From Phoronis australis (lineage: Eukaryota > Animalia > Phoronida), in the NCBI GenBank assembly GCA_002633005.1, contig NMRA01000422.1:1-64000 (forward strand): a DNA stretch of 64,000 bases, in the 5' to 3' direction. Within the stretch, counting starts at the first letter, position 1, and every line of letters begins with the position of its first letter. A program made the translations under genes and the position numbers. Positions 51,536 to 64,000 of the stretch are shown here, one piece after another. The notes below the pieces were generated by a model. It ran no database searches. It was given only the letters and a program-made list of their open reading frames with translations, and had not been told where the DNA came from.

Positions 51536-52379
51536 CTTGCTTGAACTTAAAATTTTGCTTAATCTCAAGATCACAAATGTGTGAGGCTCAAATACTATAA
51601 AAAATTCCGCCAGTTCACTCAAATAATCACGTTCACGTTGAAAAGATTGCATTACACTGAAAAAAATTGTATGTGAATAAAATTATGTTCGCTCTAACCC
51701 ACTTTTATTGTTATTTCCAACTACTGACTATCTCATTCACAAAAGAACAATTGATTAACTATTCACGTATTCCTTCAATCCTCTGCCACCTATGATGCCA
51801 CACGTTCCGGTATAAAAAGGGAGAAAATGGGTGATTCAAGGGCCAATGATAAAAAAATTCTTTACAATAAACAAAATCGTTCACTTGATTGCTTAATGAG
51901 TATTCATATCCGAGTATACGCATACGCGATCTCGAGATGAAACAGAATTCTAAGTTCACGCACAACCGTACCAACATTTCCAGGAAGTTTTTATAAGGTG
52001 AATATTGTACGTTGAAGAAGAGTGTAGTAAGTTTCGCGTTTTTTGGCTTTTAAAGTGCTATTAAGTAAATGCATTGACAGTTAGTTTGTTACGGAAAAGC
52101 AGGAAGGTTGCATTCATGCTCGTACTCGATGTCTTTTATATGTGTTTAACTAACTGAAGCTCAAAACTTACGGAATTCGTACTGGCGCGCGCAGTAATCA
52201 ATGGCTAGTTCAGTAGTTGTCGAGTAAGGCAACTGAACGAAAGACTGCTCGAAAAAAAATTTGATTGCGGGAGTATTTGTTCGAGTTAGGAAGGAATTAA
52301 AGACATAGACGGCCTCCTAAGGTTTCTCTCTAGTTGCAAAAGGTACTTATACACCAATGTGACTTAGACATGGTTTAAT

Positions 52380-52482
52380 CCACTGACGTCCTAATCAGCT
52401 TTTGATCGTCCCCAATAGGCAATACCCTATGACTAATAATATAAGTGTATTGAGGACGATCAGAAGCTGAGGACGCCTGTGG
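52380..52482. mobile_element. Small palindromic MITE
   Basis: TIR ccactgacgtcc..tcagcttttgatcgtccccaata / tattgaggacgatcagaagctgaggacgcctgtgg flanked by tttaat on both sides; its right end is also found duplicated at 50113-50164. Confidence 0.7.
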
Positions 52483-55400
52483 TTTAATCAGGGCACTGTT
52501 CATACAGCGATCCTTGAGTTGATTTAGACTCTAGAGAGAAGCAGGCATTCACTGAATAATGAATGGCCCGCTACTTAGTGGATGAAACTGGTTTCTATAT
52601 CTGACCAGTGCCTTAATCAATGTAAGGCATAATTCGCCTAAAATCTTCCGGTGTATGAATGGCCTATGCCATGAGCATGATCATCTCTACTGCTAAGCAG
52701 GGGTGGGACACTGTCAAGAGGCAACTCCTACGCTTACATTTGGGGTATTGTTACCTTGTCGCCTAAACTGTGACTAATCCATTCTAATCAGTTCACAAAT
52801 TAATGCTTGTTGTTAAGATGTGACGCTGAAGAAAATGTATTCCCAATTTTTCATATAATGCCTCGAGGTTCAGTGACGGATATTATTTACTTTTCAATTT
52901 TCAGTCAGGTTGGTTTACGACCGCAATTATTTCATCCTAAACCTTCAGCCAAGCCCACGAACAGTGGCTGATAGCTCACTTTAATCGGTGACGGCACCAT
53001 CAAGCCTTTGATGAGCCGAAGAATTCACTTGATACTGTGGGGTAAACAGTGTACAATTTTTCATCCACTTGCGTACCTCTACGGACCACATGCCTGAAAA
53101 TGGTAAATGACTGCCCCGTCGCCATCTTAACTCTGCATCAGCAACTTGATTTCCAATTTCCTCTCAGACAAATACATTTTATTTTGTAGATAACACATTC
53201 TTGTTGTGGAAGTGAAGGACACGTGATCTTGACGATATCCCAGATGTAAATGAAGTAAGTCTTGCTATGTTCATCACAACAAGCCTTGGACTTTTTAAGG
53301 AGCGATTTATACACTACTATTGTGTCGCTCTGGGAAAATGAGTTAACTGAAATCTGTCTAAGTCTATGCCATCTGAAACTGCATTCTTCCTTGGCATAAA
53401 AACATTGTCGTTAGTTATTATCCTGTTACTCGGTAATAGTACATTTTCCAAAGTTGGCATTTTCACTGTCCTGTTTCATGAAAACTAATGTAATTAAAGG
53501 AGAATGTCACCTGATTTATGAGTTTTTTACTGTCTGAATTGGTTTATATCCCCCATCATCTCATATACGATTGATGTCACGTCACGGAGAGGTGTTGTGT
53601 TAACCTATGAGGAAGGTGAGTACACTACCCAGCGACGTTAGTGGTTCTTCAGTTGAGTGTGTGCTGCTATGGCGTGGTGCATGGTTCCCGATTTTGTGAA
53701 CCATGAAGCTGCGAGGAAAACGGGTATATCGTTTTTTAGATTCTTGAGTACCAGAAATGCTTTGGAAGTGGCTCACGGCAGTAAAGCAAAAAAAGTATGC
53801 CGTAAATACCTAGTATGAGGCCGTGAAATATCTCCATGTCTAATTGTAAGTTGCCATGTTGACCTTTACTTATATTGGGTTGTGTTTCAAAATGAATTAT
53901 TCTCACCCAAAGGAAAATATTTAAAACTGAAACAAAGTGTCAAAGTCTGTCTCAGTAGATACAATTTGTAGTGCCGTTGGAGTGTTCATGAATGCAAATG
54001 TTTTGAGAAACCAACAATAAATAAATAATGCAATAAAACTAAACTGACCGGGCACCTTAGGCCGCGTGAGCACATGCTAATTTAATGTTTGCTGACAGAA
54101 AGCTGTTATGAAACAATAACTCGATTTTATATACTATGGTCAGATGTTTCCGGAATCTTTATTTAGATTTATATGTATATACATAATTCGAATCCTTGTT
54201 ATTGTACAGCTTTTTCCTTCTCTGACACTTCTGTAAAGGGGAACATGACTTCGCGGTCCCGACGAGTAAGTACGTTTGCAACTTTGCGGCCAATTCACCA
54301 AAATATTCAGGTGCACATTAATTCTTGGTTCACTAGTCAAGTCTTTTCATGACTAGACACAGGTCTATGCTCTCCTGTCTGTATTTGATGGAAGAATAAT
54401 TCTAATTTATCACCGAACAAATCCAAACTTCCTGTGATTGACCTCGGTAAGTTGGCTTACCAAACTTTGTAGGCTACGATATGTTCAAAATCTCTATAAA
54501 TCTGTAACGACAAAATAAAACAACTCGTTTGTTTAAAAACTTGAATGTATTTGTAAGGATTTTGCATCAAATTTTAAGGATTTATTGGTGTAAAACGATG
54601 AAGCCAAGCAATAAGTTAGATCCTGTGACGTCATCGGTTAATTTCAGCATCTTCGTCTGTCGTCAGATGTCGGGTAAAAGAATTGAACTCCTGTTATTGA
54701 GTGGAACTACTGGCTCCAATTGATACAAAATAGGTTGTTTTATTGGTGGCATTCTCCTCCAATGGTATTGTTTTGATAAATTGTCCACCTTGAGCTCCAA
54801 TTTTCAGGTATTCCTTGTTGACATTGCAAATGCTGATCATTGTTTTGTAAACCCAGATAACTTTTAAATTTAAGAGTGTCCAGATTATGCATTCTGGAGT
54901 GGTGACTCATCAGTAACGATGAGTCACCGTTACTAGAAGACCGTGTAATGATGAGTCACACCATTCCAGGATTCATACCCTGGTCACTATCAAATAAAAA
55001 GTTACCAAACCATGACTCATCGTTACTAGGTCTTTACAGTTGAATTTTTGAAAATTAACGAAGGACTTGCTCCTTACATGATTCTCTGTTCCACCAAGAT
55101 AGCTTTTCAGTGCATACTAGTATGATGAATATCGATGTCTTAAACTTCAGTATTCTTGCTCATGTCTTCAAAGATATCCACAAGAATCCAAATGCACTGG
55201 TATTCTAAATACAAACAATTTAAAGGAATAATTCAAAATTTGTTCGAACTTTAGTGTTGCTATTGTTGTTGCCAATATATTTTTGTGTCATATTCTAAAA
55301 GGAAAGAACACTGAACAAGAACAAAACAATATAAGATTGTTTGTGGACAGATGAGAGTTGGCATGTGTGAGTAGTGAATTTTGAGAGCTTATCCTACAAT

Positions 55401-58400
55401 ATTATCAAGGAGTGTAGTACGATAGGGGTGTTCACCTGTGAGTTCGCTGTTATCGCTACTACTAGCACCGCCTTTTGGCGAATATACAATGGTCAAGTAC
55501 AAAGTGTTTAAACAATGGGTAAGGGTGCCTTTTGCAGGGGAATAAATTGCACAAATTAATCCACGAAATCACAAGAACTAATTTTTTTACGTTTCCTAAG
55601 GATTCAGAAAGGCAAAGATTATTCGTTATTCAATGATATGATAAATTGCCTTTCATTTTGTGTGACCTGAAAGCAGGGATAATTTTAGAAAAACATACCC
55701 ATGGCCATTGGTCAATACGACTGGTGATGGCCACAGTCACAACCACAGGGTCTCAAATCAGTATGTTAGAGAATCCGTGGGTCTCGGTGAAAAAATCGAC
55801 ATAATTTTAATGTGCCTGTTGGCCCAAGTGCATCCAAATGAAAACTGCTGTTCGCCAATAAGCGAGGAGCGGCCCTAAAAGTTATCCCCTTATCGGCGCT
55901 TTAATGAAAAGTTGGGAAATACCCAGCATGGCACTGACATACGCACAGGGGCATGGCCACTTCAATACAAAAAGTCCTTGGGGACATGCACAAAACAAGC
56001 CATGTTGTCAATGGTCAGGGGGATCCAACAACCAAACTTTGTGACAATGGGAGGGGTTCAACACCCATGTGGCACACCCCTTTGTTTTTACTTGTTTTTC
56101 ACTCCCATATACCCCCCTGGGAGGGGGTCAACACCCATTTGGCACCCACCTGGTTTTTACCTGTGTGCACTCGTCCCATGCATCCCATTCCACTGGTACC
56201 TGGGGGCAACTGCACCTTGAAACCCCTGGTGCAATCTCTAAAAGTATGCAGTCCATGGAGGTCTGAAATGTAATAGGTATTGTAATTTGCCTTATTGAAA
56301 ACTTAAACGTGAACCAAAACTATTGCTTTTGAAGGGAGCTTCGAGACGGAATGACGGCAAAAATGTTAATGTCTATTACACTTTAATATTGACTGTCTAA
56401 TACACACTTTTTCGTTGTCACTTGATTAAAAGTGAATTACATATTTTACCCATTTTGTAATCACACAGTGAACATCGTTAAAGTATGAATTTGTCAGTGT
56501 TTACTCCTGCCGCAAAGTTGGGTTTGCTCATTCGCCGCCTTGGGTGCTATTGTTGTGAATGGAAAGATGGCGGACTTGGACCTCCTAGCGTTCTACACTC
56601 CTTGATGCTGCTTTGTTCTTTCATGATTTGGTCAGCTATGCGGTGGAGTTCAGGAGCAATGTTTTCATTGTAAAACTGTCAGTGTGTCTTGTTGTATTTT
56701 CAGTTTTAACCTCAATCCTATGGTTCAAGGCTGCATGCAATAAACCCTGCAATCCACCAAGAACATCAATTCACACACTGGGTGAGTTCCCCAAAATCTC
56801 CGTTGCCTTCAGGGTAAAAATAATTCAATTTGGGATAAACAAAATTACTACCTATTGGCCTTTTTTTATACTGGCAAGGCTTACTAATACCAATTACTTT
56901 GAAACATCTGCATTGTAAAAACTTTGCAAATGAAGTAAAATTGTCTTCAAAAATCATCGTTGTTGAGCAGTTTAACCAAATTAAATTCCTCTTGTCCGTC
57001 GACAATTTTGTGTCCCAGGTTGAAAAATTTCTACCTAGTACGTATATGTTCTTTTCAAAGCAAAACCCTGTACCGGCTATAGGTCAACTTTGGTCCTAAG
57101 TTGGGATTTCTTTTGATGCATGTTTGGTAAAGATAGCTTTTGTGCAGTGATAGTGGTGGTCTGATTCCCAGGTGTGTGGTATTGCATCATCCAATGATGC
57201 TTGGGCGGTGCCCTCCTTAGTCTCAATAGCCTATCACATGTTAATGTGCTTCAATTGTGGGTTATTCCAAGGATGTCAGCTTAGGCTTGGAGAATTGTGG
57301 GATATAGCCATGCATTTCCTTCTCATCTGTTGGCCGGAAATTCAGGCGCATTTTCTCTGTATTCAGTGGTTGGTTTCATTCTGCTAGGAACACCGGCATC
57401 CTACAATCTGTTACAGATATTCCCCAAATCTCTCTGACCATAGAACACTTAGAACCTGTGCTATTCAATTTGAATTTCATGCTCTTTCTTCCCAAACTAG
57501 TAAAGGTTGTATCTGCGGATAAGCTTTCACCTTTTGATTAATTTACTTGCTATCATTCCATATCTACGAGCCATGTCATATGCTTGGTATTGGGTTTGTG
57601 ACCTAGTTTACAGGAAGTCTTATCTGATAGTCAAGTTATCAATGCACACCTTTTGTTCATGACTTATTCAACAGCAGGAAGTGATGTTGTTATGGTGATT
57701 GTTTACCCTTGATTTCCATATCATGCAGGTTAGAGTCTGGGCTGGGGCGGACTGCAGCTAGAAAATTAGAATAGTTTTTCATTAAGGAAGTGGACTTGAA
57801 AAAAAGATTTATCTGCAGGGCCCTCACACACCTGAGGGAAAGGTGGCTGAACCTTTTAAATGGGGAATTTTCGCATCATTTTTACTTAGAAGGTAATTTG
57901 TGTGATGTTTTCCAATATAGTGCTTTTTATGGCAATTCTTTTAGGCTTTCACAAATAAGCAAGTGTTAACCTTAAGTTTAACAATAAAAAGTTACTGCTA
58001 TTTCTACCATTTATTTGTACAAGAGCAAGTGAAGAGGACCTGTTGTCACGTAGCTGATACGTCAGCCTAGCTCCAGTTTCTTCGGTGTGATGTATTGCCA
58101 TTGTCACGCTGCTTGGCTTATAAAGGAAACACCAAGACTGGTTCATTTTTGCACACTGAATAATGGAGTTGTTGGTAAACACTCGTTGGGAGAATAATTT
58201 TCAAAAGTAGCTACTAAATATGCCAGCACCAGTAACAACACCTTAATGTGAGTGAAGCAATGCTTGTACGGTAAGGGACAGACTCTCACCTTGTACCAAG
58301 GATTCAGGGAATCCACTTTGCTGGCACTATATTAAATGTTTTACCTAAAACAATGTTCTTAATCTCGAACAACTGTGTATTTGACCAGTGAGTCGTTCTC

Positions 58401-59065
58401 TTGCCGCAGTGAATAGACCAGAAGAGCAATGCTTTGCTTCTGACAGTGTTGTGGGCCACAATGAATGATCGTGATGAGTTAGGTGTTCAAATGTGGTCTA
58501 CTGGAAACTGCTTCTGAGAGCATTGCTCAGCAGTTCATCAGTGAAAAGACATTTTCCTATATGTTTGTACACTTTCATGGCACGTTTTGTCAAATAAGGC
58601 TCCGTTTCATGGGAAAACTGGTTACCAAAAAGTCCCCCTTCCTAGCAGCGTATCCTCTCTTATATGTGAGTACCCCCCTCGCTTGCAATGTTGGTAATTT
58701 GCCTAGAAAAAAACTATTTAGTACACTGAAAGCAGGAAATCATTTCCCAGTTGGACACAGTAGGGAGTGAACAAAAATCAAAATATTTTCTCCTAATGTT
58801 GCTGTCATTGATGTTTTTTGTGAGTCATTTAAACATACGGTGACCTGTCATTGGTAATGGACCATGGAAGTTAAGATGCTTGGTGGTGTTTTGCCCCATT
58901 CCTGTGAAGTCCCGCTGCCATCCTAGTTTGCATTCTAAAGATGGGTTTCTTGTGAGAAAAACGAGATCATACAAATCTTTATACCATAATATTAGCCTCG
59001 AATGGCAGATACAACCCTGTAATAACCCATAAAGTTATCTCACTAGTGAGATAACATTTTGGTGG

Positions 59066-59140
59066 GAAACCGAGGCCAGATTCGAACCCGGGCCTCAACA
59101 GTTGCGAGTCGCCGACTTTACCACTGCACCACTCAGCGGC
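59066..59140 (-). pseudogene. tRNA-like sequence (tRNA pseudogene or SINE head)
   Basis: A box TGGTGCAGTGG, loop ctcgcaa (CGC, Ala-like), T arm with GGTTCGAATC; the acceptor stem pairs poorly. Confidence 0.55.
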
Positions 59141-59685
59141 TGACGTCATCAAACTTGAAAATAGAATACTTAAATGTGCACGCGCAACAATCGCATGCTC
59201 AGCAAAGGGCATTGCACCGACAATTATACGCTATGAAAAATAAGACGCTAAATTTCCATAAAAACTATATTTTAATTCAGTGAAATTTTTCTCTCGTGTT
59301 CCCTCACTTGTAAATCACCGATCTCCAATTTGAATGCAGGTGTCGTGTGGTCAGGATCCTTTGACTTGAGTATTATAGTCAGTTACTAGTGGTAACCTAC
59401 TTTAGCAGACGATATATTCCCGATCAAAGCTTAGCGTGATAAAATGTGTAGTAAGCTATAACAGTTGCTAAACCTTAATTTATAGATTCACTTTATTTCT
59501 ATTTTGTTTTATTTTTCAATTGGTTTTGAGTAAAAGCATTATTTTACAAAAATATCTCGGCTTTCCTTAAAAGGTCACGACCTCCGACCCCGGGCCTCTG
59601 ACATAGAAAGTAGTTACAAAGCCGAGGCGAGTCGAGAAAGGTAGATCGATTCATTGCAATGTTTCTCGTTCAGTATGTGGTATAA

Positions 59686-59848
59686 ATAGATTATTACAAG
59701 TTCTCAGTCGTTATCCCCCTTATCTAGAGCCCTCGTGGATTTTGTAGAATTATCACCCTCGGGGCTAACGCCCCCCGGGCGATAATTCTCCAAAATCCAC
59801 TCGGGCTCTAGATGACGGGGATAACGATTTCGCCATGAAATAATCTAT
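59686..59848. mobile_element. Fold-back palindromic MITE
   Basis: atagattatt..tcgttatcccc..tctagagccc..gtggattttg..agaattatc..ggggc / mirror image. Confidence 0.75.
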
Positions 59849-60159
59849 ATTTTATCTATATCCGTTTCCTGACGCTAAGGGTTTATGTCTCTGGAGGTAC
59901 TGTTGTAATGTTTTGACTATTACTTGGTAGTATTTCTATTTTGATATTTTTGTACAGTCCAATATTTTGTGATGTATTGTATGGGTAAAAACTCTGAAGT
60001 GTGACACAGACAACTACTTGCCTTCAAGGTCTATATCAGTTGCTTGAACTTCATCACTGAATACAGCACACGGGACATCTTCAAATCGATTATTCATCAT
60101 ATTCTTTTAACTATGGAAAATTCCATGAGATGATGTCTCTTTTGTTACAGGAGGCTGCG

Positions 60160-60550
60160 TTGTTTGTTTCCTTGGCTGGCTTCCAGTATTGAAACTAATT
60201 TTAATTTTCCCTTGTCCAAAATATCTTGTTTTCAAACCATTGATTTTGTGTCGCAAGTTGTTTTGATAAGGTATGTTTTGGCCGCTGATCAACAGACGTG
60301 TCCAGAAAAGTGTCTGCTACGTTGTTCTGCACAAAAACGTTTCAAAGTCAGGTTTTGTTTGTTTCCTTGGCTGGCGTCCAATAATGAAGCAACTGTTAAT
60401 TTTCCCTTTCTAAAATGCATTTCAAATTGTTTTGATAGGGTGTGACTAATATTTACCTGTTTTGGCTGTTGATCAAGCCAAGTGTCCTGAAAAGTGTCTG
60501 CTATATTGTTCTGCACAAAAAAGCGTTTCAAAGGCACGTTTTGTTTACCG
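60160..60550. repeat. ~190-bp two-copy tandem duplication
   Basis: tgtttgtttccttggctggc..gaaaagtgtctgcta..gttctgcacaaaa..cgtttcaaag twice. Confidence 0.75.
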
Positions 60551-60791
60551 CAGTGTGTCTGACTCAATGCTCAACGAATAGGTCAAATGTGAAACAAAGA
60601 ATTTATGCCAAAATACTGATACCCATAAACAACAGTTATGACAAATGTTTAAAATCCCCTTACAGTATCAGCTTTGGTTTAGTAATTGTGTTGGTTCTTG
60701 TTTGTGGGACCTTTCATCTTTTTTCTCATGGCGAGTTAGCATTCCTAATTAAAGTCCTTACCTCAAAGGGAAATATAGTTACAAAACCTGA

Positions 60792-60860
60792 AAATATTTA
60801 CCTAATTAAATATTTACCTAATTAAATATTTACCTAATTAAATATTTACCTAATTAAATA
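60792..60860. repeat. 16-bp minisatellite x4
   Basis: (aaatatttacctaatt)4. Confidence 0.9.
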
Positions 60861-62899
60861 ATATGTAGCATTGCATTATGTTTACCACCTTTCTGTTATA
60901 AAACTAAAAGCCGTGAGTGTAGTTTTGTACCTCAGCCGAGATCAGAAAATCATCAACCATTCCCGTCTATGTTCGTGACCTGAGTTCCTCTGCATCAGTT
61001 CAGGAACGATTCCAGAATGACAGTCATGTTGTCCTTGAAAATGCATTGATATCACTGTGAGGTAAATGTGTTGTTATTTTATTTGGTTGTTTTCGATTCG
61101 CATCTTAGTTCTTTTGATACAAATTTGATTATTTATTGTCTAATTTTATGTTCTTTGCATATGACTAATGATATTTAATGCATAATCATAAGTGTGTGAA
61201 GTATGTCGCATCTCCCGCAGCCAACGCTCGGCTACTGACGCCCAGACTCATGGCGAGGGTACATCAAATTTCAGTAACAGTACCCATTTAGGTAATAAAG
61301 TAGAGGAAATAACCTTCCTTGATCAGCAAATGTCTTACCTTTATCGCCATATCGTGAAAGGAATGCAAAGTACCAGTCTGGAGTGAGCAATTGCCATGTG
61401 ACTAACCGGACGTTGAGCGCATTTCTGCGTACTTGGCAGCAAGTCGAAACCGGCTTTACTGGTCATTAAAAATGTAAAATAGAAAAAAAAAATCCACGCA
61501 CAGCGTTTTTTCAATAAAGAAAAACATGTTTTACCTCAAAACATTGAACTCCCCATTGAATTGCAATAACTCGCACCTGTGCTTGATTTTGCAGGGAGGA
61601 CACAATAATTAATTCCCCTGCAGTTGCCGTGACGCTTCGCGGGGAAAATAATCACTTGCTAAATTGAATTTGATTTTCAATTATCAGGGAAAATATTTTT
61701 TGAAATGTGACAAAAACTTACAACATATACCTCTGTTGTCTAAATATAAAAATTTTGCAACTGAAAACGTAAAGTTCGTAAACTGGGGATGTAATGAACT
61801 GTAGTCTATTAGCTGAATGTCGGCGATCTTGGGAAAATATCGCAATGTTACGAGCATGACACAGTGTTTTTTTAACACTTTGTCACATGAATTTCACCCT
61901 TTCAAGGGCCGGACAGATGTCCACGCAGGCCAGGCGGTCAGACTCCACCGGGTAGTTGCTTATACGAATGCTTCTGGCTGAATGGGAATTATTCCTTTCA
62001 TTTTACTCATTAATACTTAAATACCATTTGGCACCATGGCAAGTTTTCTCTCTGAAGTTATTTTGGCACCAAATGGTATTCTGTCGTTCACTTTTGGCCG
62101 TCTGGCCGTAACGGAAGTCGCGGAAGACCACCGGTACCTTAGTTTCCCTGTCCAAATTTAAGTTCAATTGTCAGGATATTCTAACTATATAGCAATTTTA
62201 CTCATTTAGTTTTGATGTTGCATTTGTTGTTTTGTTTTTACTCCTTTTACTAGAGTTAATTACCGTAACCTAGTAAAACATACACTTAGCCCAGTCGCTA
62301 TAGTCGGCCTTGTTATTCAATCATTGGCAAAATTTATTTGCCACATTTTGTTAGCAATTTCTATACAAATTGTCACTATTTTGGTTTTATGTTAAGGCCC
62401 GTGTCGATTATTTCATACCAGTTTGCAGGCTGGTAACAGACATTGCTCCAGTCGCACAGCCTGCGTTCTTAAGCCTGGGTTCCTGAATGAATTTTACTTC
62501 CAGTTTCGCGGTTAGTTCAAAATGGCGATTTGTTCTTCATGTCAGAATCATAGGTGGCACGTTTTTTTAAACTTTCGTCCACTACAAATTGTGTATTAGT
62601 TACCGGATAGGTACTGCTTGGTGCCTTATAACTTCTTCTAACCATTCGATAAGGTTTAAAAACGTGTGCAACTGGAGTTTTAAGCAGGATAAAACAAACG
62701 ACCACATGGAGTTAATTGAATGTTTCAGCACAATTATGCACTGTGCGCTGCTAACTCCATCTATTCCAGTTTGAAGCTTGTGATTTCGATTTTACCCGTA
62801 ATTAGTGCTACATGGGTAGTATAATGGGGAGATAATTCTTATGTTGAGGATCAAGGAATTGACATTTTGACGGGGGGGGGGTGGTGTTACTGTAATACA

Positions 62900-63415
62900 T
62901 TATTCGNTGCGTTGTGCGGTTATCCTCTTACGGTTATCTGCTGCTCTGTATTTCCCAAACCGCTGGATGGGTGTTCGTGAAATTTTGCAGACGTATTTTT
63001 CTCGTGGATATGACAGCATCAGCGGATTTTTGGATGGGCCCGACAACAGATGTGTCCCCTAGTGTCAATTCTAATTTTTTACGTTTGCCTCTTTATCTTT
63101 GGTTTTCCTTGACAAATTTTTATGAAATTTAGCCAATAATTATCCACTAATCAGATGTTGCCTTTTTCTTTTTGGATGGATTCGAAGTTTTCTGTGCTGC
63201 CTATTTTTACTGTTTTGGTGTCTGGTGTTTGGTGTCCTTGTCTCTGTCTGACTGACCTCTCTAAGGATCATTTTGAAAAGCGACGTGTTCTTTCTTGGAA
63301 TAGCAGTTAACAATGAATTTTGTACAGTTGGACTACTATGACACACCTGTGGCAGTTTTGTTGCTTTTCTCGTCCACGGCTGTATCAGATCTTTGCTAAA
63401 TTTTACTGGTGGACT
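62900..63415 (-). mobile_element. Diverged reverse-strand copy of HINE-like family
   Basis: Reverse complements of family motifs (tttttttacgtttgcctct, aaattttatgaaatt, ttttggatggattcga, atttttactgtttt, ctctctaaggat). Confidence 0.55.
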
Positions 63416-63418
63416 GGT

Positions 63419-63563
63419 CAGTGGCGGATTTATAGGGGGGTCAAGCCCTAAAATTCTCCCAGATTCCATTTGGCAGTACGGGGGTACGAATGTCTGACTG
63501 GCAAAGTCCTGGCTAGTACTCTGCCCTGGCCCACTCTAACTCAAAATCCTGGATCCGCTCCTG
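63419..63563. mobile_element. GC-rich MITE nested in the repeat
   Basis: TIR cagtggcggatt / ggatccgctcctg; ctggt on both flanks. Confidence 0.6.
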
Positions 63564-64000
63564 CTGGTGACTAGGAACGTGATAATGACTGGCGAATTTT
63601 GGATGGATCTGATTACCGTAATGCCCCTTGGTAATTTTAAAAAAACAATTTTATACATTTATTGCCCAGACAATATCACAAAGCCAGTCTGAGGTTGGGT
63701 GCCTCAGATCCAGCTTTAACAAAAGTACACACTAAACAATAAATATATGTAAAGGCAACGAAATGTGTAACTGAAGAGAAGGACTTTCACACGCCATTCA
63801 TACATACACTCATGCCCTACTTATACGGTGAAGTTATACACAATGAAAAGAAAAGAAAAGAAAAGAAAAAAATTATATATAATAATGTAGGTATGTAATT
63901 CACAAATGTATCTAATCGATATATATAATATAAAAATAAACATTATGGAAATTAAAGTATAATATATAACATCATGTAACATTGCTTGATACCTAAATGA

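Noticed and set aside
55912-56273. Three overlapping plus-strand ORFs
   Set aside because: Short internal repeats (caacacccat..ggcac) in a locally GC-richer patch, non-ATG starts and no motifs; likely a repeat fragment.
59066-59140. Functional tRNA-Ala gene
   Set aside because: Acceptor and anticodon stems pair poorly, so a SINE head or pseudogene is more likely; tRNAscan-SE would decide.
62907-62907. Single N base
   Set aside because: Assembly ambiguity at a repeat boundary, not a biological feature.

Overview
This is AT-rich, intron-rich animal (invertebrate-like) genomic DNA, not a prokaryotic locus; the ORF track mostly shows spurious ORFs or single exons. Manual GT-AG splicing on the minus strand gives three genes. 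(1) A USP40-type deubiquitinase with 25 phase-compatible coding exons (26218 to 578, about 1113 aa here), whose 3' end lies beyond the left edge. (2, 3) Two tandem, intact 7-exon proline iminopeptidase (peptidase S33, alpha/beta hydrolase) paralogues with identical intron positions: a canonical copy A (47429-36491, 321 aa) and a compact copy B (33235-29500, 323 aa) with an intact catalytic triad but several substituted substrate-pocket residues. Introns and intergenic DNA hold many non-autonomous elements. These include a Helentron/HINE-like family whose ~455-bp tandem unit carries CTCF-consensus-like motifs every ~150 bp, several MITEs, tRNA-derived SINE-like heads and a perfect 206-bp palindrome. 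No protein-coding gene could be confirmed in 52-64 kb. All calls come from reading the sequence by eye and from recalled family motifs; no searches were run.
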